From assembly GCA_016213305.1 (NCBI GenBank), contig JACRAV010000403.1, positions 1-28,240 on the forward strand: 28,240 nucleotides of DNA, given 5' to 3'. The stretch comes from Candidatus Zixiibacteriota bacterium. Lineage in GTDB: Bacteria; Zixibacteria; MSB-5A5; GN15; FEB-12. The notes below the pieces were generated by a model, which did no database searches, was not told the DNA's origin, and saw nothing but the letters and a program-made list of their open reading frames with translations. The translations under genes were made by a program, and so were the position numbers. Numbering within the stretch: position 1 is the first letter of the stretch; every line of letters begins with the position of its first letter. Shown here piece after piece: positions 9,891 to 17,499 of this stretch.

Positions 9891-12548
9891 CTACTGGACG
9901 GTCGTCAGACTCCGAATCTCATAGTCCGGGTGACTCTTCAAATTCTCGACATTGATCTGGATTCTGCCCGGGTCAATGTCCAGCCGGTAGTACCCCAGCC
10001 GGTTGTTTTCGATAATCGGCCAGTCGGCCCGCAGTTCGGCGTTGATCTCATTCTTCATCCGGTAGAGGTACCGCGCCTGATTGAAGCCGATTTCGATATC
10101 GTCCTTGTACACCCACCCGGCGGGCTGTTGTCGCCGCCACCAGGCAAGCTTGGCGAAATACTTGAACGACTTGCCGGTCAGGCGGACGGGAAACCCGTTG
10201 ATCTTCACCAGATACCGGTCGTGTTCGCAGGACCCGTCGATCTCCACCAGTTCCGGGGTAAACCCGATGGTCTGCGAATTGAGCGTCATGGTTTTCATGT
10301 CAACCTCCTCTTGAATATCACACAATTTCATAGTGAGCCGTGCGGCTCGGTTTTTGTCTTTGATGAGTTGTGCCAGCCGTTCTTGCGACAGGCCGGCCAG
10401 CGCGCTTACGCTGTCGAGGCCGTCGGTCTGAAGGGCCAGCATATCGGCACGGGTAAGGATTTCACCGACCGCCCGGTGCAGATCGGCCAATTTGGGCGGC
10501 AGACCGTGGCGCACGCTGAAGGCCAGATCGCGCAGGAGCGGCACATTGGGATTATCGAGATCGTCCGCCTCTATCAGCGAGGCCAGGCCGCGACAGAGAT
10601 GAGCGGCGGTCTCCCCCAGCGAAAGAATCTGCCCCAGATGCAGTTGGTACCGTTCTTCGAGTTTCTGCACGGGCACAAGCCGGCGCCAGTCTTCGAGCAA
10701 GAGCAATCCTTTGAGTGATGCGGACAATCGATAAGACAGGGGCTGGCGGCGATGATTCTCCGGCAGAAGCGGCACCGCCTCTTCGACCGAGTGGTCGAAC
10801 CTCTGATACAGCATTTTCACCGGCAGATTCTGCCGATGCTCAATCCGGGTGAGCATTCCGGGGACCAGCGGCCAGTCGGGAGCGGAAAGCGCGAGGGCAA
10901 GCCAGCCGAATTCCGATTCCGGTGATCTGCGAGCCACCTGTGTCCGCAATTTAGCCGCCTGCCGAACCGACAGTCCGGTGATGGCGACGGCGCGTCCGCG
11001 AGGTGTAACAATCAGGGTATTATCATCGCCGTCAGATCGAATACAGCCACGGCGCTCCAGCGCCCGCACGACGGCCGCCCAATCGAGGTGAGTGTCTCCT
11101 TGAAGCCGGGCATGGAGTGTCCGGGCGTACAGATTCTTCAAATCAGATTCCGATGTAGCCAGACCGCAGACACACATGCCGAGCGCCCAATCTTCCGGCG
11201 GAAGCGAGTCGAACGCCGACGAGAGTCTTTCACTGTCCTGAGAATCGGCGAACGCCACATAACTTTCCCAGAGGATGTCGCGATCAAACTCCGAGCCGGC
11301 GAGCACGATGGCTTTGCCGGGACCGTCGGCGTTCAGCCCCAGCCGACCGGCCCGACCGCACATATTTTCAAACTCGGCGCGGCTGATCGGCGCGAGTGAG
11401 GCGCGGTCATCGTAGGCGCCGACGACGAATTTCACGGTTTCCAGATAGACGGTGTCCACGGGCAGATTGACGCCCATAGCCAGCGTCGTGGTGGCGACCA
11501 GAACGCGCACCTCTCCCCGCGTGAACGCCTCCTCGACAATCCGGCGTTGACGCGGCGAAAGGTCCGAGTTGTGAAAGGCCACTCCACGACTCATCGCCTG
11601 CGACAGGGAACGAACAAGAAAGGACGGCTCCTCGGCGCTCAGTTCCTCAAGGGCGGTTTTGGCCGGGGGAAAAGAAGCGGATGCGGCCAGGCGAAAGGCC
11701 AGATCGACGGTGTTCTGCCGTGATTTCAGAAAGACCAGCGTGGAACCTTCCGTCTGTTTGATCTGGTCGATAAGCCCGTCGATCATGCCGTCAACCGTTT
11801 CGCCAAACGGACAGGCGGTGTTGGTTACCGCTCCGGTGTTGAACGAGCGGAAGCGAATCGATTTTTCGGCCGCCACCCCGACCAGCAGATCGACCGGCCG
11901 CACGGCTTCTTCGACGACGGTCGCGCCAAGCCATTCCCCCAGCTTGGTGAGGGAGTCGCCTCCGAGCACGGCGGAGAGGCCGACCAGCGAGGGTCTGTAG
12001 GTGGAAGAGTTGATACGGGTCAGCAGGCGTTCCAGCACCGCTCCCCGTCGCGGGACGCCGAGCATCTGCAATTCATCAACGACCACCAGACCGATATTGG
12101 CCAGCGCGTCCAGTTCGGTCGTCAACAGCAGGTCGAATTTTTCGTAGATCGACACCGCCAGCTGATAATCACCGCGCAGGAACGCCTCGTCGTTTTCGCT
12201 CCGATCGCCGGTGGCGATCAGGCATTTGACGCCCAGCCCGCCGAAGAGCGCTTCGAATATCCGGTACTTTTCTTCGGCCAGAGATTTCAGGGGAAACAAC
12301 AGCGCCACTTTGCGACGCTCGGCGAGCGCTTTGGCGGCCACCAGTTCGGCGCAGAATGATTTGCCCGACGAGGTCGGCGCGGCGATAATCATCCGCATGC
12401 CGCCGTCGGCGCTACTCCCCGGCTGTCCCAGCAGACCGGCGCGGATCGCCCGTTTCTGCACCGACAGAAGGGTCTCCCCCTGGCGTTGCCGCCAGTTTTC
12501 GATAACCCGTTTTGGGATTCCGTATCGATCCAGTTCCTCAAGTCGCAT
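9891..12548 (-). CDS. Ski2/Hel308-like SF2 helicase with an extra C-terminal winged-helix domain
   Basis: APTSSGKS, PLKSLAEEK, VVDELQ, LSA, GVAFHNSDL, ATTTLAMGVNLP, NMCGRAGR. The likely start is ATG 12548 (MRLEELDRYGIP, SD AAGGAAGGGG); the track's 12716 start overlaps the upstream small ORF. Confidence 0.9.
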   Translation of the reverse strand: MRLEELDRYGIPKRVIENWRQRQGETLLSVQKRAIRAGLLGQPGSSADGGMRMIIAAPTSSGKSFCAELVAAKALAERRKVALLFPLKSLAEEKYRIFEALFGGLGVKCLIATGDRSENDEAFLRGDYQLAVSIYEKFDLLLTTELDALANIGLVVVDELQMLGVPRRGAVLERLLTRINSSTYRPSLVGLSAVLGGDSLTKLGEWLGATVVEEAVRPVDLLVGVAAEKSIRFRSFNTGAVTNTACPFGETVDGMIDGLIDQIKQTEGSTLVFLKSRQNTVDLAFRLAASASFPPAKTALEELSAEEPSFLVRSLSQAMSRGVAFHNSDLSPRQRRIVEEAFTRGEVRVLVATTTLAMGVNLPVDTVYLETVKFVVGAYDDRASLAPISRAEFENMCGRAGRLGLNADGPGKAIVLAGSEFDRDILWESYVAFADSQDSERLSSAFDSLPPEDWALGMCVCGLATSESDLKNLYARTLHARLQGDTHLDWAAVVRALERRGCIRSDGDDNTLIVTPRGRAVAITGLSVRQAAKLRTQVARRSPESEFGWLALALSAPDWPLVPGMLTRIEHRQNLPVKMLYQRFDHSVEEAVPLLPENHRRQPLSYRLSASLKGLLLLEDWRRLVPVQKLEERYQLHLGQILSLGETAAHLCRGLASLIEADDLDNPNVPLLRDLAFSVRHGLPPKLADLHRAVGEILTRADMLALQTDGLDSVSALAGLSQERLAQLIKDKNRAARLTMKLCDIQEEVDMKTMTLNSQTIGFTPELVEIDGSCEHDRYLVKINGFPVRLTGKSFKYFAKLAWWRRQQPAGWVYKDDIEIGFNQARYLYRMKNEINAELRADWPIIENNRLGYYRLDIDPGRIQINVENLKSHPDYEIRSLTTVQ

Positions 12549-12567
12549 ATGGCCCCTTCCTTTATTG

Positions 12568-12789
12568 TCAGACGCTACAACTTTCAAAGCCACACCCCGG
12601 GCAGGAAAAACACCCGCCGAGCCGAACCATCCCGCCACCGCAATCGGGACACGAAGCGGCGTTCTGATAGGCGCAGTCGGAGACCGGCGGCGGACCATAC
12701 GGATTGCCGCCATCAAAATTGGTCAGATACAAGAGCGCTCCGTGTCCTTCGGAGGCAACCATCCCAAACTCCAGATTCAGATTCTGCAT
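12568..12789 (-). CDS. Small zinc-ribbon protein (73 aa) resembling the NrdJ C-terminal Zn-finger
   Basis: MQNLNLEFG…CPDCGGGMVRLGGCFSCPGCGFESCSV; AGGAG SD before ATG 12789; stop 19 nt before the helicase start. Confidence 0.75.
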   Translation of the reverse strand: MQNLNLEFGMVASEGHGALLYLTNFDGGNPYGPPPVSDCAYQNAASCPDCGGGMVRLGGCFSCPGCGFESCSV

Positions 12790-12834
12790 ATGCTCGCTCC
12801 TTTCGGGCCTTTTCCTGATATCGGCCTCGCAAAC

Positions 12835-12863
12835 ATGATACTGCACATTTGTGCAGGTGTCAA
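12835..12863 (-). promoter_or_regulatory. sigma70-type promoter of the Zn-ribbon/helicase operon
   Basis: TTGACA (12863-12858)-N17-TATCAT (12840-12835). Confidence 0.8.
12841..12856. promoter_or_regulatory. Palindromic operator, putative LexA (SOS) box
   Basis: CTGCACA-TT-TGTGCAG fills the -35/-10 spacer and contains TGCAC-N4-GTGCA, matching the TGCNC-N4-GTGCA LexA motif I recall for Fibrobacter succinogenes. Confidence 0.7.
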
Positions 12864-12957
12864 GAGAATTTGGGGTAGAAAGTGATATTGGGTGAGGGCC
12901 GGGAAGGTGGGGTTGGCCTATGGTATTGTGTTATAGGCGGTTAGGGGAGATAGAGAT

Positions 12958-12985
12958 GTCAACCCCGAAGACGGGGTTGACCTAC
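12958..12985 (-). repeat. GTAG-type REP-like palindrome (single copy in window)
   Basis: Minus strand GTAG-GTCAACCCCG-tctt-CGGGGTTGAC: a perfect 10-bp stem preceded by GTAG, with no U-tract. Confidence 0.45.
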
Positions 12986-13017
12986 GAAGACGTGTCCGGC
13001 GGCTTCCGCCGCAGTAT

Positions 13018-13731
13018 TCAATTCAGGCGAAACACCACCGGATAGGTGACCCAAACCGCTATCGGATGACCGTTCTGGATGGCCGGACGGTAGCGGCACA
13101 ATCTCGCGGAGTTGACTGCCGCGATATCGAGGCACTCCAGACCCGACGACACCAAAACCACGACCTTTCGCACTCCTCCCTCTTTGTCCACCAGCACCTG
13201 AAGCGTGACCCGCCCCTCAAGCCCGGCTCGGATCGCCTGGGGCGGGTAGTCCGGTTTGACTTCGCGAATCATTACCGGAAGTGAATCGCACGGGACAAAC
13301 ACGGTGGGATCGAGAAGCAACTCCGTTTGCCCGGGATCGACCGAAAGTGATGAATCACCGATGCCGATCGAGCTATCGAGGCCGGATCCAATAGCGCGTT
13401 CCTCCCGGGTCGGAATCGGATCAGTCTCGGGGGAGTCGTCAACAGGAACCGGAATGATGGCGTGATCAACGGGTGGTTTGGTATGACCGCCGGGTTGGGG
13501 GGTCGGCGGTATGATCCTGGGCGGAGGAGGGATTTCGACACGGCTCTCATGGCGAGGTTGCAACGGCGAGATTACGACGGTCTGGCCTTTCGGAATGACA
13601 CTCCATACCGCAAGCCCCAGCCCGATCAAGATGAGAACCAGCATCTGGGCCATCAAGAGGTTTGCCTGATACCGGGCTTTCAACTCATAGGCGCCGTATC
13701 GGTAGTACAGGGTGGAGTTTGATCCGTTCAT
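13018..13731 (-). CDS. tonB: Energy transducer TonB (second paralog)
   Basis: N-terminal YGAYELK motif, one TM, Pro-rich linker, TonB-C (KPDYP…EGRVTLQVLVDKEG…YRPAIQNGHPI). GGAGG SD. Confidence 0.88.
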   Translation of the reverse strand: MNGSNSTLYYRYGAYELKARYQANLLMAQMLVLILIGLGLAVWSVIPKGQTVVISPLQPRHESRVEIPPPPRIIPPTPQPGGHTKPPVDHAIIPVPVDDSPETDPIPTREERAIGSGLDSSIGIGDSSLSVDPGQTELLLDPTVFVPCDSLPVMIREVKPDYPPQAIRAGLEGRVTLQVLVDKEGGVRKVVVLVSSGLECLDIAAVNSARLCRYRPAIQNGHPIAVWVTYPVVFRLN

Positions 13732-13860
13732 CTTTCATTCCTCCTTCGAGAATACAGTCCGAAAGCGAAATGCTTCCGTGGGCCTTCAGTATTTTGACGG
13801 ATGGAGTGAGCGATTTGTTTAGGAAATAAGATAGCCCGCGCGCGGCGCTCGCGCCCCACG

Positions 13861-13897
13861 AAAATAACAAACCCCCTCGCGTTTGGCGAGAGAGGGT
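13861..13897 (-). terminator. Probable terminator between the two tonB genes
   Basis: Minus strand CTCTCTCGC-caaac-GCGAGGGGG (with G-U pairs) followed by tttgttatttt. Confidence 0.6.
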
Positions 13898-13924
13898 CTG
13901 CGTTACATTTATCGGATCAGCGGG

Positions 13925-14659
13925 TCAACCGCCGGCGTTAAGATTGAACCGACAGGGGTAGGTCACCCAGCAAGCCACCGGTCTTCCATTCTGAATAGCG
14001 GGTTTGTACTTGCAGAGCGGCGCGGCCTTGACGGCGGCGTCATCAAGCGACGGTGTGCCGGATGACTTGGCCAGTTTGGCATCGCGAACATTACCGTCCT
14101 TGTCCACCAGAGCCATCACCCACACGGTTCCTTCAATACCCGCTTGCTTCGCCAGCCGGGGATATTCCGGCTTAACCTCTTTGATCATCTCGGGCTGGAC
14201 TTCGACCGCCACAAATTCGCCGGCGGCCGGAAGGTACTCGTCCTCCTTGATGTCGACCTTGATATCTCCCCCGTCGCCGGCCGAGATATCGGGCGGCACG
14301 ATATCAGCCAGTTCTTCGCGGGTGGCCAGCACGACATCGTCGTTGGGAGCATCTTCATCAGCCACGGGTGTCGGGATACCGACTTTGGGCACGGCCACGT
14401 TCGGCTGGGTCACTTTGACTTGCGGCGGTTTCTGGACAATAGTCGGCGGCGGGCCAAGCTCGGCAATCGTCTTGATGACCGTGGGGGCCATGAAGACCTC
14501 CTCCGATCCCTTGATCAACTGAACGATCCAGGCCGTCAGCAGAACAACCACGACCAGCGACACGGCCAGACCGGTCGCGGTGGCGAAGTTCTTCTGATAC
14601 TTTTCCTTTAGCTCATAGGCGCCGTACGGCGTATATGTCGCATTGTTGGGACCAATCAT
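13925..14659 (-). CDS. tonB: Energy transducer TonB
   Basis: YGAYELK, TM, ELGPPP Pro-rich linker, TonB-C (KPEYP…EGTVWV…YKPAIQNGRPV); starts 2 nt after the exbD stop. Confidence 0.9.
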   Translation of the reverse strand: MIGPNNATYTPYGAYELKEKYQKNFATATGLAVSLVVVVLLTAWIVQLIKGSEEVFMAPTVIKTIAELGPPPTIVQKPPQVKVTQPNVAVPKVGIPTPVADEDAPNDDVVLATREELADIVPPDISAGDGGDIKVDIKEDEYLPAAGEFVAVEVQPEMIKEVKPEYPRLAKQAGIEGTVWVMALVDKDGNVRDAKLAKSSGTPSLDDAAVKAAPLCKYKPAIQNGRPVACWVTYPCRFNLNAGG

Positions 14660-14661
14660 AA

Positions 14662-15312
14662 TTACAACTGTCCTTTCGACCGGGCCAGGGCCTCCGCTTC
14701 GGCCATAATCTTGTCATCCCGGTCATCCCAGTCGCCGACCGCGTACCGGTAGGAGAATTTCTGATCTTTCGGAATGTCGTCTATCTTCGCGAGATTCAGT
14801 TGTTTTCTGGTGTACTCGTTCCAGGCGCGCTCGATGACGTCGATCTCGTCGAGGATATTCACCATGTCGGAGTACATGGCATCTTTGTGAATGAGGATGA
14901 GGGTGTTCAACTTGGGATTCTCGCGGTTCAGGCCGGTGAGCATATGCTGAACGCTGTCCGGATTGTAAGCATATTCGACACTATCGGGTTTGTTCTTGGA
15001 ACTGGGGATCAGATTGGGCATGTTGTCGGACCCGATCTGTCCGGTGTGCCACCAGAAGCGGCCCTTGGCGTCGACATGAATCGTGAGCACATTTTTCGCG
15101 GCGATGTCGATTTTGACGTCATCGTCCGGTGGGAGGTTGATCTCCATGGCCTGCGGCATGGCGAACACGGTGGTCACCATGTAGAAAATCAAAAGCAGAA
15201 AGGCGATATCCACCATCGGGGTCATGTCGATGCGCACCCCGACCCGCCGTTTGGGACGTCTCAGTCCTTTCTTATGGCCTTTTGCCGCGCGTTCTACTAC
15301 ATCGCCTGCCAT
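14662..15312 (-). CDS. exbD: Biopolymer transporter ExbD/TolR (long form)
   Basis: IDMTPMVDIAFLLLIFYMVTT with the conserved TM Asp; IHKDAMYSDMVNILDEI. Confidence 0.9.
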   Translation of the reverse strand: MAGDVVERAAKGHKKGLRRPKRRVGVRIDMTPMVDIAFLLLIFYMVTTVFAMPQAMEINLPPDDDVKIDIAAKNVLTIHVDAKGRFWWHTGQIGSDNMPNLIPSSKNKPDSVEYAYNPDSVQHMLTGLNRENPKLNTLILIHKDAMYSDMVNILDEIDVIERAWNEYTRKQLNLAKIDDIPKDQKFSYRYAVGDWDDRDDKIMAEAEALARSKGQL

Positions 15313-15368
15313 CTATACTCACTCTCCTCTGCGCCCGCCGGACTGGCCGGACGGACGGATCAAATGTC

Positions 15369-15848
15369 TTATCCCTTACCCGATTCGCGTTCCGGATCGG
15401 TAATGATCAGGAAGCGTTCGAGGTGGTTCTCCTGCATTTTCTTCATCACGGTCTGCATGACGCCGAACGTGGCGCGACCATCGGCTTTCACCACCACCAG
15501 CGCCTTGATATTCTTGGCGCGGGCGCGGAGGATTTCCGAGGCCACGTTGTACTGGTCGCAGACGCGCACCCGGCGGCCGGTGGTCTCGACATCCTGGCCG
15601 TCGATATTCACTCTCACCTTCTCCACGTAGTCGACATACAGCGAGTCGAACTTGGTCACCGTGATACTGATGATGTCCTTGTCCGGCAGTTCGATCTGCG
15701 AGTGCGACTGGGGCAGTTCCACCGCCCGGGCTTCCGGTGGTTTGAACTGGGTGGTCGACATATAGAATATGAGCAACAGAAAGGCGACATCGACCATCGG
15801 AGTCATGTCGATCCGGATGGAGACCCGCCGTTTCTTCTTGATACCCAT
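15369..15848 (-). CDS. exbD: Biopolymer transporter ExbD/TolR
   Basis: IDMTPMVDVAFLLLIFYM; VVKADGRATFGVMQTVM. Confidence 0.92.
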   Translation of the reverse strand: MGIKKKRRVSIRIDMTPMVDVAFLLLIFYMSTTQFKPPEARAVELPQSHSQIELPDKDIISITVTKFDSLYVDYVEKVRVNIDGQDVETTGRRVRVCDQYNVASEILRARAKNIKALVVVKADGRATFGVMQTVMKKMQENHLERFLIITDPERESGKG

Positions 15849-15851
15849 CGC

Positions 15852-16610
15852 TTACTTTCCTTCTTTCGCCTTCAAAATCTGCAGAACCTCGAAGGTGGCT
15901 TCGTCGGTCGTGTAGTTGAAGGAGTCTACCTTATTAACAAAGAAATTGTAGAAAAAGATTCCGAGAATACCCGACAGAAGGCCGCCGGCGGTATTAATGA
16001 GCGCCTCGGAGATACCGACCGCCAATTGCTGGGCGTCGATGACGCCGCCCTCGACGTTACCGGTAGCCGCAAACGCGCGGATCATACCAACGGTGGTGCC
16101 CAAAAGTCCGATCATAGTGGCGATCGACGCAATGGTTGACATGGCGATCAGGTTGCGCTCAAGAAGCGGTCCCTCAAGGGCGTTGGCTTCTTCGATGGCG
16201 GCCTGGGTCAGCTGGATGCGCTTTTCGGAGTCGATCCCCCGGTCGGCGCGGGCTTCGCGATACCGCTCGATACCGGCCCTCAGGACGTTGGCGGTGGTGC
16301 CGCGCTGTTTGTCACAGGCCGCGACTGCGCCGTCGAAATCGTCGTTCTGAAGCATGGTGATCAGCTTCTTGAAGAAGATCTGAACGGAGCTTTTGCCCTT
16401 GGCGACGCGATAGAGCGACAGATACCGCTCGACCACGAACACGATGAGCATGAGGAATACCATGATAAGGATAATGACCAGCGGGCCACCCTTGTAGATG
16501 GAGTGGACGATCGGATTCTGTGAGGTTTTGAACACCCCATAAAACATGAAGAACCCGACAGCCAACGCGATCAGGGCGTTGAGCGTGACGAACAAGGTTT
16601 GTTTAACCAC
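15852..16610 (-). CDS. exbB: MotA/TolQ/ExbB proton channel protein
   Basis: GLLGTTVGMIRAF and GISEALINTAGGL with the conserved Thr residues; GTG start with GGAGG SD. Confidence 0.92.
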   Translation of the reverse strand: MVKQTLFVTLNALIALAVGFFMFYGVFKTSQNPIVHSIYKGGPLVIILIMVFLMLIVFVVERYLSLYRVAKGKSSVQIFFKKLITMLQNDDFDGAVAACDKQRGTTANVLRAGIERYREARADRGIDSEKRIQLTQAAIEEANALEGPLLERNLIAMSTIASIATMIGLLGTTVGMIRAFAATGNVEGGVIDAQQLAVGISEALINTAGGLLSGILGIFFYNFFVNKVDSFNYTTDEATFEVLQILKAKEGK

Positions 16611-16638
16611 GAGAAAAGACCTCCAGAAATACTAAATG

Positions 16639-17469
16639 TTAGATTTCAATACCTTTCAAGGCGAGCATGGTCGAGCCGGCCATCGCGATGTAGAATCCCC
16701 AGGTCAGGGAGCCAAGATAGGCGCCGGGGCCGTAGCTGGCGCCCAAACTTGAGAATGTCGCCGGGGCGTCAAAGCCATAGCTTCCGCCGAGGAACGACAA
16801 AAGCAGACCGGCCGCAAAGGCCCCGAGCGGAATCCAGTTATATATGAGCCGTTTCTTGAGAACCAGCGCCTGCTGGTCGGCATCGCCCTTCACAAAATAC
16901 ATTTCATATAACGTCATGGCCGGAAGCACCAGACAACTGATGGTGATGGCCAGAAACAGCAACGCCGTGACTAATAGCGAAAAACCGGACGAGAAGATGG
17001 CCCCGCCAGCGGTGGCGAGTGCGATCAACCCCTCCACGCCCAGTTTGGTGGTCGTGGTTCGGTCCATCTTGCGCTGAATCTTGGTCATAGTGATGACTTC
17101 TTCATTGGCCGATTCCCCCGCAACCGTCTGGGTCGAGCCGCCGGAAGCGGAAGTCTGGCCCGTGCCTTTGGCCGGCACTTCGTGGTAAATCGAATACCAC
17201 GGCATGAACAGGGCGATGATCACGAGCGCGGCAACAACCGTCATAATAAGACGTTCGCCGCGCGAGACACGCTCTCCCAGGAGCGTACATTTGTCGCGGA
17301 CAATCTGGCCGCGGGAGCGTCGCGCCTTGGCCTGATCAACATACTTCTGTTTCTCGGCCTCCGAGGTGAACAGGTCTCCCGGTTTGCCGGGGAACACCTC
17401 AAAGCCGATATAGCGAAACCGCTGGTCTTCGCTGATCCGCTTGATATCGTCGTTTGCTTTCTGGGCCAT
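16639..17469 (-). CDS. Hypothetical polytopic membrane protein
   Basis: 276 aa; charged N-terminal ~70 aa, then about four hydrophobic segments; sits 28-30 nt from both neighbours in the same orientation. Confidence 0.75.
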   Translation of the reverse strand: MAQKANDDIKRISEDQRFRYIGFEVFPGKPGDLFTSEAEKQKYVDQAKARRSRGQIVRDKCTLLGERVSRGERLIMTVVAALVIIALFMPWYSIYHEVPAKGTGQTSASGGSTQTVAGESANEEVITMTKIQRKMDRTTTTKLGVEGLIALATAGGAIFSSGFSLLVTALLFLAITISCLVLPAMTLYEMYFVKGDADQQALVLKKRLIYNWIPLGAFAAGLLLSFLGGSYGFDAPATFSSLGASYGPGAYLGSLTWGFYIAMAGSTMLALKGIEI

Positions 17470-17499
17470 GTATCTTTCCGTAATTAAGGGAAAACCGGG

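Noticed and set aside
12549-12716. 56-aa N-terminal extension of the helicase in the ORF track
   Set aside because: It overlaps the Zn-ribbon ORF in another frame; ATG 12548 has an SD and matches where Hel308-like proteins begin.
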